Assembly (NCBI GenBank): GCA_035764935.1
Contig: DASTYK010000162.1
Coordinates: 6,207 to 70,206 of the forward strand
Length of the DNA: 64,000 bases
Direction of reading: 5' to 3'
Source of the DNA: Longimicrobiales bacterium
GTDB lineage: Bacteria; Gemmatimonadota; Gemmatimonadetes; Longimicrobiales; RSA9
This document shows, piece after piece, positions 1-11,276 of the stretch. Position numbers and translations under genes: made by a program. The first letter of the stretch is position 1; each line of letters starts with the position of its first letter. The notes under the pieces are model-generated. The model ran no database searches. It was not told the DNA's origin and saw only the letters and a program-made list of their open reading frames with translations.

Positions 1-491
1 TCGTAGCCCCAGTTGCGCGTGCCGGCAAACTGCGAGAGGGGCATCAGCTCGATGACCGTGATCCCCAGCTCGCGCAGCTCGGCAAGTCTGCCGGCAGCGG
101 CGTCCAACGTTCCCTCTGGTGTGAAGCTGCCTGCGTGCAGCTCGTAGAGGACGTAGCTCTCGAGCGGAAGTCCGCTCCACCCGCTGCTGGTCCATGCGAA
201 CGTCGTGGGCTGGACAGCGGACAGACCGTGCACTCCATCGGGCTGCCAGCGGGTCGCGGGGTCCGGCAGCACATCGTCCCCGTCGAGCCGGAAGCCGTAG
301 CGCTGGCCGGCCCGGATATCCGGGAGCGTAGCCGTGAAGTAGCCGTTGTCGTCACGCGCCATTGCGTGCGTGCGGCGGAGTGGCCCATCCAGCACCAGCG
401 CCATCGAGTGGACGGCGGGTGCCCATACGCAGAATGTCGCGCGTGGGCCATCCAGCCGGGCGCCCAGGGGCAGTGGAGGACGCGGCGTCAC
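1..491 (-). CDS. treZ: Malto-oligosyltrehalose trehalohydrolase (TreZ-like, GH13), N-terminal part only. The gene runs off the left window edge.
   Basis: My manual minus-strand translation gives ...[29 protein letters not shown]...[49 protein letters not shown]...[52 protein letters not shown]. This is typical of a TreZ N-domain plus the start of the GH13 barrel. GTG at 491-489 is preceded by GGAG 5 nt upstream. The ORF is absent from the track because it has no stop inside the window. Confidence 0.8.
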   Translation of the reverse strand, partial: [163 protein letters not shown]

Positions 492-540
492 AGGCGCTCC
501 GGCGGGTGCGTCGACAGCAGGGTGGCGGAACGCCGGGTGT

Positions 541-2445
541 TCACGCGCCCTCCGGTCTGCGCTTGAGCACCAGGGTCGCGAGGGGTGGCAGCGTGAGGGT
601 GATCGATCGGAGCTGACCGTGTGACGGCAAGGGCGTCGCTTCGACGCCACCAAAGTTGCCGACACCACTGCCGCCGTACTCGACGGCATCGCTGTTGAGG
701 ATCTCCTGCCAGAACCCGATAGCCGGCACACCGAGCCGGTAGTTTTCACGCGTGATGGGAGTGAAGTTGCACACCACGAGCAGCGTGTCTGCCGGGTCGG
801 GTCCGCGGCGCATGTAGCTGAGCACGCTGTTGGCGCTGTCGTGCATGTCGATCCAGCGGAAGCCCTCATGCGAGAAGTCCAGCGCATGTGCGGCGGGTTC
901 CTCGCGGTACATGCGATTCAGGTCGGCGACCCAGCGACGCATGCCATCGTGATGCGGATACTGGAGCAGGTGCCAGTCGAGCGACGATTCGTGGCTCCAC
1001 TCCCGGCCCTGCGCGAACTCACCGCCCATGAACAGGAGCTTCTTGCCCGGCTGCGTGAACATGTACCCGTAGAGCAGCCGCAGATTCGCGAACCGCTGCC
1101 ATTCATCGCCGGGCATGCGGTCGAGAAGCGAGCCCTTGCCGTGCACCACCTCGTCGTGCGAGAGCGGGAGCACGAAGTTCTCGTTGAAGGCGTACACCAT
1201 CCGGAAGGTCAGCTCACCGTGGTGGTAGCGCCGGTGGATCGGGTCGTGGCGGATGTACTCGAGCGTGTCGTGCATCCAGCCCATGTCCCACTTCATGCCG
1301 AAGCCGAGCCCACCGACATACACCGGTCGTGACACCATGGGCCATGCCGTCGACTCCTCGGCGTACGTCTGCACGTCCGGGTGCGCGCCGTACACGTCGG
1401 AGTTCAGCCGCCGGAGGAACTCGATCGCCTCGAGGTTCTCGCGACCGCCGAACGTGTTGGGGATCCACTCGCCTTCCTTGCGCGAGTAGTCGAGGTACAG
1501 CATCGACGCGACGGCGTCGACCCGCAGCCCGTCGACGTGGTACTCGTCGAGCCAGAAGCGTGCGCTGCTGAGGAGGAAGCTGCGGACCTCGTTGCGCCCA
1601 TAGTTGAAGATGTAGCTGCTCCAGTCCGGGTGAAATCCCTGGCGCGGATCGGCGTGTTCGTAGAGGTGCGTGCCGTCGAAGTAGGCGAGGCCGTGCTCGT
1701 CGCCGGGAAAGTGGGACGGCACCCAGTCCAGGAGGACGCCGATGTCGTGCTGGTGCAGGAAATCGATGAGATACATGAAGTCCTGCGGCGTGCCGAACCG
1801 CGACGTCGGCGCGAAGTAACCGGTGGTCTGGTAACCCCACGACCCGTAGAACGGATGCTCCATGACCGGCAGGAACTCGACGTGGGTGAACCCCATGGTC
1901 GTCACGTACTCGACCAGCCGGGGCGCAAGCTCGCGGTAGCCGAGGAAGCGACCGTGCTCCGCGGGCCGCATCCAGGAGCCGAGGTGCACCTCGTAGATCG
2001 AGATCGGCGCCCCGAGTGCATTGCGGTCGCGGCGCTGCTGCATCCAGCGGTCGTCACCCCAGTCGTACCCGAGGGTCGTCACGATGGACGCGGTGCGGGG
2101 AGGCATCTCGTGCAGAAAGCCGAACGGATCCGCCTTCTCGACGCGGTAGCCGTGGTGCTGTGAGATGATGTGATACTTGTACGTCGTTCCGGGTCCGATG
2201 CCATCGATGAAGCCGGCCCAGATCCCGGAGACACCAACCGGTTCCAGCACGACCTCGCCCGGTCTCCAGTCGTTGAAGTCCCCGAACACGGAAACCGACC
2301 GCGCATTCGGCGCCCATACGGCGAAATGAGTGCCTTCCGCGCCATTCATGCTTCCGACGTGCGCGCCCAGCCGGCGGTAGAGCTGGTTGTGCGTGCCCTC
2401 GTTGAACAGGTACAGGTCGTGTTCCGAGATGAATGTCTCTGTCAT
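541..2445 (-). CDS. glgB: 1,4-alpha-glucan branching enzyme
   Basis: 634-aa ORF. N-terminus is [31 protein letters not shown]13 motifs are present: [38 protein letters not shown]. Confidence 0.95.
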   Translation of the reverse strand: MTETFISEHDLYLFNEGTHNQLYRRLGAHVGSMNGAEGTHFAVWAPNARSVSVFGDFNDWRPGEVVLEPVGVSGIWAGFIDGIGPGTTYKYHIISQHHGYRVEKADPFGFLHEMPPRTASIVTTLGYDWGDDRWMQQRRDRNALGAPISIYEVHLGSWMRPAEHGRFLGYRELAPRLVEYVTTMGFTHVEFLPVMEHPFYGSWGYQTTGYFAPTSRFGTPQDFMYLIDFLHQHDIGVLLDWVPSHFPGDEHGLAYFDGTHLYEHADPRQGFHPDWSSYIFNYGRNEVRSFLLSSARFWLDEYHVDGLRVDAVASMLYLDYSRKEGEWIPNTFGGRENLEAIEFLRRLNSDVYGAHPDVQTYAEESTAWPMVSRPVYVGGLGFGMKWDMGWMHDTLEYIRHDPIHRRYHHGELTFRMVYAFNENFVLPLSHDEVVHGKGSLLDRMPGDEWQRFANLRLLYGYMFTQPGKKLLFMGGEFAQGREWSHESSLDWHLLQYPHHDGMRRWVADLNRMYREEPAAHALDFSHEGFRWIDMHDSANSVLSYMRRGPDPADTLLVVCNFTPITRENYRLGVPAIGFWQEILNSDAVEYGGSGVGNFGGVEATPLPSHGQLRSITLTLPPLATLVLKRRPEGA

Positions 2446-4475
2446 TCCTGCTCCTCGCTTGAGGCGGTGTGGCGCGCCTCGGCGATGGCTTCGAGTCGCT
2501 CGTTGACGTCAGCACGGTGAAGTACGCCAGGGAACGGGTAGCGGAACCTGCGCCGCCAGTTCGGTCGCGTTTCCGGGCCGGTCCCGGGCACGTTCTGCGG
2601 CTCGGGCTCCAGCCATAGATCCTCCAGCCCGACGAGCACGATGGCGGCGGGGCCGGATGCCAGCCGTTCGAGCAGTGCGTCCAGGATGGGTGCGGGATCT
2701 TCGGCCTTTGCGGCCCGTTCCGACAGGTGCACATGGCGCGCCAGTGCCGAGCGCAGCCGCGCCCGCTGCGTCCGGGCGGCTTCCTCGCCGCTCTCTTCGA
2801 GCAGTCCGAGGTCGCGCATGTCGCCGATGTCGCGCCCCTGCCAGAATCCGGTGAACGTCGGCATGTCGTGCGTGTTCAGCGAGGCAGCGCTGCGGCGAGG
2901 CGGCGCTGTCATGGGCGGTCTGGCCTCGGGATTCACCTCGTACTGCACCACGAACATCCGGTGGATCGCATGGCGTTCCATGCGGCGTCGCACGGATTCG
3001 GCGACGGTACCGAGGTCCTCACCGACGATGGCGCCGTGCGCACGCATGGATTCCAGGGTGAGCACCGCGAACATCTCGTCTTCGGGGTAGCGCACGTAGA
3101 CGCCTTCGGTGGGCGGCAGCCCGCTCGGAATCCAGTACAGCCGGTGCAGCGACATGACGTGGTCGAGCCGCAGCACGCTGGCGTGGCGGAACTGCTGGCG
3201 CAGCGCTGCAGCGAGGTAGGCGTAACCGTCGGCGCGCAGGGCATCGGGATCCATCGGCGGGAACCCCCAGTCCTGGCCACCGCTGAACAGCACGTCCGGT
3301 GGTGCGCCGGCGGACGCATCGGTGGCGAAGATCTCGCGGTAGCGCCAGGTGTCGTAGCTGTCCGGATGCACACCGAGCGGCATGTCGAGGTACAGACCGG
3401 CCGCTTCGCGATCCGCCGAGATCGCGCCGAGCTGTCGCTCTGCCGCCCACTGCACGAAGGCATGGTAGCGGGCGCTCGCAGGATCAGGATCGTCGTCACG
3501 GATGCGCCCGTCGCGCAACCGCGCGGGCCACTCCCGCCAGCCGGTCCGCAGCCGGTCACCGGTTGCGCGAAACCGCGCATAGTCGCTCACGTCGGGACGC
3601 GCCGCGAACGCGGCTGCGTCGGGATCGCCGTCGGGTGCGAGCAGGCGATCGGCGACCGGCTGAAGCAGTCGGCGATGAACAGCGGCCGCAGCACGGTAAT
3701 CGACGTAGCCGGACCGGATGCACTCTCCAAGCTCGGCGTGGGCATCATTGCGGGGCATGGCAGCGAACGGCGCCGGATCGACGTACAGCTCGTTCCAGAA
3801 GAGGCGGCTGGCCGGCGAGTACGGGCTCGGGTCGAGCGGTGCGTCGAGAAACGCGGCATGGATCGGCAGCGTCGCGACCAGGGCGGCTCCGCGCCTGCGC
3901 ATGCCGCGCGCAAGCTCGTGCAGCTCGGTGTACGAGCCGTGACAGGTGCCCTCGCGCGCAAGCGCATAAACGGGTGCGAAGACGCCCCACTGCAGCCCGT
4001 CGACCGTGTACGCCTGGCGAGGTGCCGACAGGATCCACGCAAGGTGCTCGGTCGTTCCTGCGTCGATCCGGAGCACGTGCCGGCCGAGCGGCAGACGCTC
4101 GCGCAGATGGATGGTGCCGCGACCGTTGCGCAGGCCGATATCCCAGGTGCGCAGCTCGCCATCCTCCGTTTCCAGCGTGCAGCGCGCGCTGCGTGCGCCT
4201 CGTCCGGCGCGCAGCGTTACGCGCGGCATACGTCCGTCCCAGGCGACGACGACCGGCTCGATCGCCTGCTGCGACTGAACTCTTTCGCGATCCCTGAGCG
4301 CGTCGCGGACGTCCGCGATCGACTCGACCGGTGCCCTGCGCGCCCGGAGCGCTCCGAGCAGCGCCTCGTCATGCGCGTGGCGACGCCGTCCTTCGCCGTC
4401 CGTGTACGAGGACTGTACTCCCCAGGCACGCGCGAGCCGGCGGAGCAACTGCCGATCCGAGGGGCGCCGCGTCAT
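2442..4475 (-). CDS. malQ: 4-alpha-glucanotransferase (amylomaltase, GH77) with a ~170-aa N-terminal extension
   Basis: 677-aa ORF. GH77-like motifs: [46 protein letters not shown]. There is a 4-nt overlap with glgB (2442-2445). Confidence 0.9.
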   Translation of the reverse strand: MTRRPSDRQLLRRLARAWGVQSSYTDGEGRRRHAHDEALLGALRARRAPVESIADVRDALRDRERVQSQQAIEPVVVAWDGRMPRVTLRAGRGARSARCTLETEDGELRTWDIGLRNGRGTIHLRERLPLGRHVLRIDAGTTEHLAWILSAPRQAYTVDGLQWGVFAPVYALAREGTCHGSYTELHELARGMRRRGAALVATLPIHAAFLDAPLDPSPYSPASRLFWNELYVDPAPFAAMPRNDAHAELGECIRSGYVDYRAAAAVHRRLLQPVADRLLAPDGDPDAAAFAARPDVSDYARFRATGDRLRTGWREWPARLRDGRIRDDDPDPASARYHAFVQWAAERQLGAISADREAAGLYLDMPLGVHPDSYDTWRYREIFATDASAGAPPDVLFSGGQDWGFPPMDPDALRADGYAYLAAALRQQFRHASVLRLDHVMSLHRLYWIPSGLPPTEGVYVRYPEDEMFAVLTLESMRAHGAIVGEDLGTVAESVRRRMERHAIHRMFVVQYEVNPEARPPMTAPPRRSAASLNTHDMPTFTGFWQGRDIGDMRDLGLLEESGEEAARTQRARLRSALARHVHLSERAAKAEDPAPILDALLERLASGPAAIVLVGLEDLWLEPEPQNVPGTGPETRPNWRRRFRYPFPGVLHRADVNERLEAIAEARHTASSEEQE

Positions 4476-7400
4476 TTCTGCAGCAGCTGCCGCACCGCGA
4501 GCAGCGGAATGGCAGCCCAGGCGGGCCGGTTGTTCATCTCGTATGCGAGCTCGTAGACGGCCTTCTCCAGCAGGTAGGCGTCCAGCAGGATCTCGATCTC
4601 TGCGCGCGTGGGCGGCAGCAGTGGCGTGTCGCCCATGGTCTCGAGGTACTGCTGGAGGAAGCCGGTCGCGACGGCATGGTACCAGCTCTCGCCGAAGGCA
4701 ATGCGCGCAACGCGCTCGTGCGTAGCCGTGATATCCGCGTCCAGCATGCTGGAGTGCGCCGCGTAATGATACGACCGCAGCATCCCTGCGACGTCGCGCA
4801 ATGGCGAGCGCTTGATGCGCCGCTCGCTCAACGGCCGCGCGGGCTCACCTTCGAAATCCGTGATGACGAAGTCGCGACCGGTGAACAGCACCTGGCCGAG
4901 GTGATAATCGCCGTGCGTGCGGATCCGCTGGCCATGCAGCTTGCCGTCGATGATCCGGCGGAAGCGGCCGAGCAGGCGTTCCTCGAGGTCGAGGATCACG
5001 GTGGCGTCCCTGCGCGCCCCCTCCGGCAGCCGCTCCAGCTGGGATTGCAGCAACTGCAGTGTTCGCCCGGTCAGGTTCCGCATCGACTGATAGAGGGAGC
5101 GCTGATAGAACATCGTGAACGACTCGGGCGCGAAGGCGTCGCTGCGCGTGTCGCTGCCGAGCGTCATGTGCAGCTCTGCAGTACGCTGCCCGAGCAGGCG
5201 GGCGCGCTCGAGCGCGGTGCCGGCGAGCTCCCGGTCCTCCTGCGGGAGCTCCGTGCCGGCAGCGGAATCGAGCAGTGCGGCCGTGGTGACCGCCTCACGG
5301 GCGAGTGGCCCCGTCGCGCGCGTCGCGGCACGCTCGTACGCCTCGGCGACCGCGTCCACCGTGAGTCCCCACGCATCCCCCTCGTTGGGTACGAACTCCT
5401 GCAGCACCGCGAGGGTGCGGGCCTTGCCATCGCGCCGGTACTCGATTGCCCCTGCCACGCGCGGAGCGTACGGGAAGTTGCGCTCGCTGAGGAAGCGACC
5501 GATCTCCAGGTCCAGGCTTTCACCATCTTCCAGGCGTCGGAACACCTTGAGCACGAACGTGTCGCCGAAGCCGATCGACGTGTTCGACTGCTCTGCAGAG
5601 AAGAGGCGGCTTTCCTCGGGCATCCCCCGCTCGCGCAGCAGGCCGCGCAGCACGGGCGTCCGAATCCCCACGAGCTCTCCATGCCTGCCGCGGGCGCGGC
5701 GCCGGTTGACGATCAGGTCGAGAAGCGCGAGGTGTGTGGCGGGCAGCGTGAGCGCATCCACGATGCGACGGGTCTCGCCCTCGATCGTCGCGAGCGAGGC
5801 GCGACGTACAGCGTCCGACGATCCCTGGGTCAGCGCGAGCGGCACAACGTAGTCGTCCGCATCATGCTCGATGTAGTCGACATGGACGATCGCGATTTCG
5901 GCCGTCTCGTCCCGGTCACGGAGCGGCAGCGTCAGGCGATCGGGAATGATCACGCCCCGAACCTTGCGCGCCTTGCCCTGGAACCAGCGAGCCTCCTGCA
6001 TCTGCTCGCTCACCACCGGCAGGAGCCCGAGTCGTTCCGCGCCGTCGATTGCGCCGGCGAGACCGGTGGTGGGCAGGGCGATGCCGGGCAGCTCCGAGGA
6101 GAGAGGAACGGCCGTCTCCGCACGCGGCGAAAGCAGGGAAAACCAGTAGAAGCCGTGTGGCCCGAGCGTGAGCACGTACGGCTCGGTGCCGATCGGCGGA
6201 AACTCCGAGCGGCCGAACAGCTCCACGGGGATCGAGCCGCGCACGTGCGAAAGGTCGAGCTGTACGTACTGGGAGAAACGCGACAGGTTCGCAATCACGA
6301 AGATGCACTCGTCGTCGTAGCGCCGGATGAACGCGAGCACCTTGCGGTTCTCCGGGTAGAGGAACTCGATCGTCCCCCTGCCGAACGCCTTGAATCGCTT
6401 GCGCAACGCAATCAGGCGTCGCGTCCACCAGAGCAGCGAGCTCGGATTCGCCTGCTGCGCCTCCACGTTCACCGTCTCGTAGTGGTACTCGGGATCCACG
6501 ATGACGGGGAGGTAGAGGCGCTGCGGGTTGGCCCGCGAGAAGCCTGCGTTCCGGTCCGGTGACCACTGCATGGGAGTGCGCACGCCGTTGCGGTCACCGA
6601 GATAGATGTTGTCGCCCATCCCGATCTCGTCGCCGTAGTAGAGCACCGGTGTGCCCGGCAGTGAGAACAGCAGCGCGTTCATCAGCTCGATCTTGCGGCG
6701 GTTGTTGCCGAGCAGCGGCGCCAGACGGCGACGGATCCCGAGGTTGATACGCGCCTGGGGATCGTTCGCGTATACGCGGTACATGAAATCCCGCTCCTCG
6801 TCGGTCACCATCTCGAGCGTCAGCTCGTCATGGTTCCTGAGGAACGTCGCCCACTGGCAGTTCTCGGGGATCGGCGGCGTCTGACGAAGGATGTCGATGA
6901 TGGGGAAGCGATCCTCCATCTGGATCGACATGAAGAGGCGGGGCATGACGGGGAAGTGGAAGTTCATGTGACACTCGTCCCCATCCCCGAAGTAGGGCAC
7001 CGTCTCTTCCGGCCACTGGTTGGCCTCTGCGAGCAGCATCCGGTTCTCGAAGTTGGCATCGAGATGCGAGCGCAGCTTCTTCAGGAAGTCGTGCGTTTCC
7101 GGCAGGTTCTCGCAGTTGGTACCTTCGCGCTCGTACAGGTACGGGATCGCATCCAGCCGCATTCCATCGACGCCCATGCGGAACCAGTAATCCATCACGC
7201 GGAAGATGGCCTGGTGCACTGCCGGGCTGTCGTAGTTGAGATCAGGCTGATGCGAGTAGAAGCGGTGCCAGAAGTACTGCTTCGCCACCGGATCCCACGC
7301 CCAGTTGGAGCTTTCGAAATCCTTGAAGATGATGCGGGCCTCCCGGTACTTCTCCGGGGTGTCGCTCCACACGTAGAAGTCGCGCGCGACGGAGCCGGGC

Positions 7401-7780
7401 CTGGCACGGCGAGCCCGCTGGAACCAGGGGTGCTGATCGGACGTGTGATTGATGACCAGCTCGGTGATCACGCGCAGGTCGCGCTTGTGCGCTTCCTTCA
7501 GGAAGCGGCGGAAATCGGCCATGACGCCGTACGCCGGATGCACGCTCGTGTAGTCGGCGATGTCGTAGCCGTCGTCGCGCCAGGGGGACGGGTAGAAGGG
7601 CAGCACCCAGAGCGCGGTTACACCCAGCTCCTGCAGGTAGTCGAGCTTTTCGGTGAGCCCCGCAAAGTCGCCCATGCCGTCACCGTCACTGTCGGCGAAG
7701 GCGCGGACATGAAGCTCGTAGATGATGGCGTCCTTGTACCAGAGCGGGTCCGTCGGTGCCTGGGTGCGTCGTCTAGGCAT
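4472..7780 (-). CDS. treS: Trehalose synthase fused to maltokinase (TreS-Pep2/Mak)
   Basis: 1102-aa ORF. The N-terminal half is GH13 TreS-like (WYKDAIIYELHVRAFADSDGDGMGDF, GVDGMRLDAIPYLYEREGT, FLRNHDELTLEMV). The C-terminal ~450 aa is kinase-like (HGDYHLGQVLFTGRDFVITDFEGEP), as in maltokinase. There is a 4-nt overlap with malQ. Confidence 0.9.
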   Translation of the reverse strand: MPRRRTQAPTDPLWYKDAIIYELHVRAFADSDGDGMGDFAGLTEKLDYLQELGVTALWVLPFYPSPWRDDGYDIADYTSVHPAYGVMADFRRFLKEAHKRDLRVITELVINHTSDQHPWFQRARRARPGSVARDFYVWSDTPEKYREARIIFKDFESSNWAWDPVAKQYFWHRFYSHQPDLNYDSPAVHQAIFRVMDYWFRMGVDGMRLDAIPYLYEREGTNCENLPETHDFLKKLRSHLDANFENRMLLAEANQWPEETVPYFGDGDECHMNFHFPVMPRLFMSIQMEDRFPIIDILRQTPPIPENCQWATFLRNHDELTLEMVTDEERDFMYRVYANDPQARINLGIRRRLAPLLGNNRRKIELMNALLFSLPGTPVLYYGDEIGMGDNIYLGDRNGVRTPMQWSPDRNAGFSRANPQRLYLPVIVDPEYHYETVNVEAQQANPSSLLWWTRRLIALRKRFKAFGRGTIEFLYPENRKVLAFIRRYDDECIFVIANLSRFSQYVQLDLSHVRGSIPVELFGRSEFPPIGTEPYVLTLGPHGFYWFSLLSPRAETAVPLSSELPGIALPTTGLAGAIDGAERLGLLPVVSEQMQEARWFQGKARKVRGVIIPDRLTLPLRDRDETAEIAIVHVDYIEHDADDYVVPLALTQGSSDAVRRASLATIEGETRRIVDALTLPATHLALLDLIVNRRRARGRHGELVGIRTPVLRGLLRERGMPEESRLFSAEQSNTSIGFGDTFVLKVFRRLEDGESLDLEIGRFLSERNFPYAPRVAGAIEYRRDGKARTLAVLQEFVPNEGDAWGLTVDAVAEAYERAATRATGPLAREAVTTAALLDSAAGTELPQEDRELAGTALERARLLGQRTAELHMTLGSDTRSDAFAPESFTMFYQRSLYQSMRNLTGRTLQLLQSQLERLPEGARRDATVILDLEERLLGRFRRIIDGKLHGQRIRTHGDYHLGQVLFTGRDFVITDFEGEPARPLSERRIKRSPLRDVAGMLRSYHYAAHSSMLDADITATHERVARIAFGESWYHAVATGFLQQYLETMGDTPLLPPTRAEIEILLDAYLLEKAVYELAYEMNNRPAWAAIPLLAVRQLLQK

Positions 7781-9767
7781 GCGGCGGTCCCTCCTCGAGT
7801 GGCTCCAGTCTCATGATGTGAACCGGCCCGGCGGCCGGGTTCAGCTCCACGAAGTTCCACGCACCCTGCCAGGAGTAGCGCGCGCCGGTCAGCAGGTCGT
7901 GCGCGAGGTAGGGCGACGCCTCCGGCAGTCCGAGCTGCTCCAGCGGCAGCTCCACCCAGCCTGCCTGTGTCCAGTTCGGGTCCAGGTTGACGACGACGAG
8001 CACCACGTTTCGGCCATCCAGGCTCTGCTTGGTGTACGCGAGCAACTGGTCGTTGTCGATGCGGTGGAAGCGCAGCGTCCGATTGGTGTGCAGCGCGGGG
8101 TTTTCGCGCCGGATCGTGTTCACCCGGGCGATGAAGTCGCGCAGGCTGTCCTCTCGCTCCAGGTCCCAGTCGCGCAGCTGGTACTTCTCGGAGTCCAGGT
8201 ACTCCTCGCTGCCTTGCTCACGCGGCGTGTGCTCCATCAGCTCGAAAGCGGGTCCGTAGATGCCGTAGTTGGACGACAGCGTTGCGGCCAGGGCAAACCT
8301 GGTGATGAATACGGACCTGGCGCCGCTCTGCATCTGTTCTGTCAGGATATCGGGCGTGTTCGGCCAGAAGCTGGGCCGGAAGTACTCGATCACCTCCGTC
8401 TGCGTCAGCTCCGTCATGTACTCGATGAAATCCTGTTTGGTGTAGCGCCATGCAAAGTAGGTGTAGGACTGCGTGTAGCCGAGCTTGGCGAGGCGATACA
8501 TGATGCGCGGGCGCGTGAACGCCTCGGACAGCAGGACGAGATCCGGAAACTCCGCCTTCAGCCGGGTGATCGTCCATTCCCAGAAGGCGAAGGCCTTGGT
8601 GTGCGGATTGTCGACCCGGAAGGTTCGAATGCCCTGCTCGATCCAGAAGCGGAAGACACTCTCGAGCTCCTCCCAGAGCGACTGCCAGTCCTCGGACTCG
8701 AAATCGAATGGATAGATGTCCTGGTACTTCTTCGGCGGATTCTCCGCATACTGCATCGTTCCGTCCGGTCGTTTGCGGAACCACTCCGGGTGCTCGCGCA
8801 GGTACGGATGATCGGGCGAGGCCTGGAACGCGATGTCGAGGGCGAGCTCGATGCCGCGGTCACGCGCGGCAGCCACGAGCGCACGGAGGTCGTCGAGCGT
8901 GCCGAGCTCGGGGTGGATGGCCTTGTGGCCGCCCTCCGCGGCGCCGATCGCCCAGGGGCTGCCCAGGGCGCTGTCCCCACCGACCTCCCGGTTGTTGGGC
9001 CCTTTGCGCCGGGTCCGGCCGATCGGATGGATCGGCGGCAGGTACAGCACGTCGAAGCCGAGCTCCGCGACGTAGTCCAGCTGGTCGATCACGTCGCGCA
9101 GGGTCCCATGGCGGCCCGCGGGCCCGGTGGAGCGGGGAAACAGCTCGTACCACGCGCTGAAGTTTGCGCGCGGCGTGTCCACGACGACCGGCAGCTCGCG
9201 GTGGTAGCGGGTCGCGTGGTCGAGATCCGGGTAGCGCGACACGATGCGCTGGAGCCGATCCGCGGCGGCCGTCCTTAGCCGCGTGTCGAGGTCCCCGGTG
9301 CGCAGTGACTGCGCCGCTGCGATGAGCGTTTCACGATCGCGCTCCCCCGCGCGCCGGGCCGCAGCTTCCACGATCCCGGCGCCGATCTGCAGGTCGACGT
9401 CGACGTCCTGGCCGGCCGCGATGCGCTTCTCGAGGTCGCGCCGCCAGGTCTTGAACGGGTCGACCCAGGCCACGAGGCCGTACAGGTAGCGTCCGAGCCG
9501 GTCGACCGTGAAGCTGCCGCGCCAGCGGTCATTGACCAGCGCCTCCATGTCGATACCGCGCCAGCTGCGCTGGCTCTCGTGTCGCCAGACCAGCCGCGCG
9601 GTCAGGGCGTCATGCCCGTCAGCGAAGATGTCGGCTTCCACGACGACCGGCTCGCCGATCACACGCTTGATCGGGAAGCGGCCGCAGTCGATTTCCGGTT
9701 GAACCCCCTCGATCACCACACGCCGGCGCCCGTCGCCGGCCTCCCGTTGTCCCGTTCGTGCTGGCAT
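7773..9767 (-). CDS. glgE: Alpha-1,4-glucan:maltose-1-phosphate maltosyltransferase
   Basis: 664-aa ORF. GlgE-type N-terminus IEGVQPEIDCGRFPIKRVIGEPVVVEADIFADGHD, followed by a GH13 core (FRVDNPHTK, LSEAFTRP). There is an 8-nt overlap with treS (7773-7780). Confidence 0.9.
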   Translation of the reverse strand: MPARTGQREAGDGRRRVVIEGVQPEIDCGRFPIKRVIGEPVVVEADIFADGHDALTARLVWRHESQRSWRGIDMEALVNDRWRGSFTVDRLGRYLYGLVAWVDPFKTWRRDLEKRIAAGQDVDVDLQIGAGIVEAAARRAGERDRETLIAAAQSLRTGDLDTRLRTAAADRLQRIVSRYPDLDHATRYHRELPVVVDTPRANFSAWYELFPRSTGPAGRHGTLRDVIDQLDYVAELGFDVLYLPPIHPIGRTRRKGPNNREVGGDSALGSPWAIGAAEGGHKAIHPELGTLDDLRALVAAARDRGIELALDIAFQASPDHPYLREHPEWFRKRPDGTMQYAENPPKKYQDIYPFDFESEDWQSLWEELESVFRFWIEQGIRTFRVDNPHTKAFAFWEWTITRLKAEFPDLVLLSEAFTRPRIMYRLAKLGYTQSYTYFAWRYTKQDFIEYMTELTQTEVIEYFRPSFWPNTPDILTEQMQSGARSVFITRFALAATLSSNYGIYGPAFELMEHTPREQGSEEYLDSEKYQLRDWDLEREDSLRDFIARVNTIRRENPALHTNRTLRFHRIDNDQLLAYTKQSLDGRNVVLVVVNLDPNWTQAGWVELPLEQLGLPEASPYLAHDLLTGARYSWQGAWNFVELNPAAGPVHIMRLEPLEEGPPHA

Positions 9768-9894
9768 CCCGCTCCGCGCTGATTATCAGTGTGCGGCCCG
9801 CGTGCCGGGCCGGACGGACCGCCTCTGCAAAAAGCTTGCAGGGTGGTAGATTAGCCGCGTTTCCGCCCTTCATCCTTCGTGCCCGGAGGTCGCA

Positions 9895-11250
9895 TTGCGT
9901 CGCTGGATCACCGCCGCGCTGCTCGTGCTCTGTCTGCCGGCAGGAGCCCGCGCGCAATCCGAAAGACCGTTCGGCACGCTCCGCGAGCAGGCAGAGCTGC
10001 GCCAGTCGTGGCTGGAGGCCCGGCTGGAACGGGTGCTGCCGCGGCTGATGCGCGAGCAGGGCGTGGACATGTGGGTGATCCCGGTTCGCGAGTACAACGA
10101 GGACCCGGTGTTCTGGTCGATCGTCTCACCAACGACGATGGCAGCGCGCCGGCGCACCATCTACGTCTTTCACGATCGGGGCGAAGAGCATGGCATCGAG
10201 CGGCTGGCGATCGGAGGGACGTCGCAGGGCGGGCTCTACGAGGTGATCCGCGACCCGGACGCCGCCATCGGCAGCGCGGGCGCGATGCGACGCGCGGCGG
10301 AGCCGTTCGGCCCCGAGCAGTGGACGCTGCTGACGCGTGTGGTCGAAGCGCGCAACCCGGAGCGGATCGCCGTCAACGCCTCCGCGACGCACGCCTTTTC
10401 CGATGGTCTCACGGCGGGCGAGTGGGAACAGATGGAGCGTGCACTGGGGCCCTTCGCGGACCGCGTGGTGCGCCGTGAGCTGCTGCCGCTCCGTTTCATC
10501 GAGGAGCGGCTGCCCGAGATGCTCCCGACGTACCGAACGATGCAGCAGCAGGTGCACGCGCTGATCGCCGAGATGTTTTCCGAGCGCGTGATCACGCCCG
10601 GAGTCACACGCACGGAGGACGTCGTGTGGTGGTGGCGCCAGCGCCTGAACGATCTCGGGCTGGAGACATGGTTTCAGCCCTCCATCACGGTGCAGCGCCG
10701 GGGCGTGGAAATGAGTGACTCTGCGAATCCGGTGATCGTGCGCGGCGACCTGCTGCACTGCGACGTCGGTCTCACCGTCTACGGGCTCAATACGGACACG
10801 CAGCACATGGGCTACGTCCTGCGGGAAGGGGAGAGCGAGGCACCCGCGGGGCTGCAGGCAGCACTGCGCAACGCAAACCGGCTGCAGGACCTGCTGCTGG
10901 ACGAGATGCACCCCGGCCGCACCGGCAACGAGGTGCTGGCACGCACGCTCGAGCGGATGCGGGAGGAGGGGATCGACGGCACCGTCTATACCCATCCGAT
11001 CGGCGATCACGGCCACGGCGCCGGCCCGACCATCGGGCTCTGGGACCGCCAGGAGGGGGTGCCCGGCCGTGGCGAGGTTACGCTCGTGCCGAACACATGG
11101 TTCTCCATCGAGCTGCAGGCTACGACACCGGTGCCGGAATGGGGCAACCAGCCGGTCCGGATGGCGCTGGAGGAGGAAGCGCACCTGGACGGCAAAGGCG
11201 AGCGGCACTGGGTCCTGGCGCGGCAGGAACGCTTCCACCTCGTGCACTGA
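9895..11250 (+). CDS. Secreted M24-family metallopeptidase (Xaa-Pro aminopeptidase/creatinase fold)
   Basis: 451-aa ORF with a signal-peptide-like N-terminus, MRRWITAALLVLCLPAGARAQ. Pita-bread metal-ligand context is present (LLHCDVGL, NTDTQHMGY, HPIGDHGHGAGP, FSIELQA). The TTG start at 9895 is preceded by GGAGG 5 nt upstream. Confidence 0.7.
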   Translation: MRRWITAALLVLCLPAGARAQSERPFGTLREQAELRQSWLEARLERVLPRLMREQGVDMWVIPVREYNEDPVFWSIVSPTTMAARRRTIYVFHDRGEEHGIERLAIGGTSQGGLYEVIRDPDAAIGSAGAMRRAAEPFGPEQWTLLTRVVEARNPERIAVNASATHAFSDGLTAGEWEQMERALGPFADRVVRRELLPLRFIEERLPEMLPTYRTMQQQVHALIAEMFSERVITPGVTRTEDVVWWWRQRLNDLGLETWFQPSITVQRRGVEMSDSANPVIVRGDLLHCDVGLTVYGLNTDTQHMGYVLREGESEAPAGLQAALRNANRLQDLLLDEMHPGRTGNEVLARTLERMREEGIDGTVYTHPIGDHGHGAGPTIGLWDRQEGVPGRGEVTLVPNTWFSIELQATTPVPEWGNQPVRMALEEEAHLDGKGERHWVLARQERFHLVH

Positions 11251-11276
11251 TCGGCGAAATCGGATAGCTTCACGCC

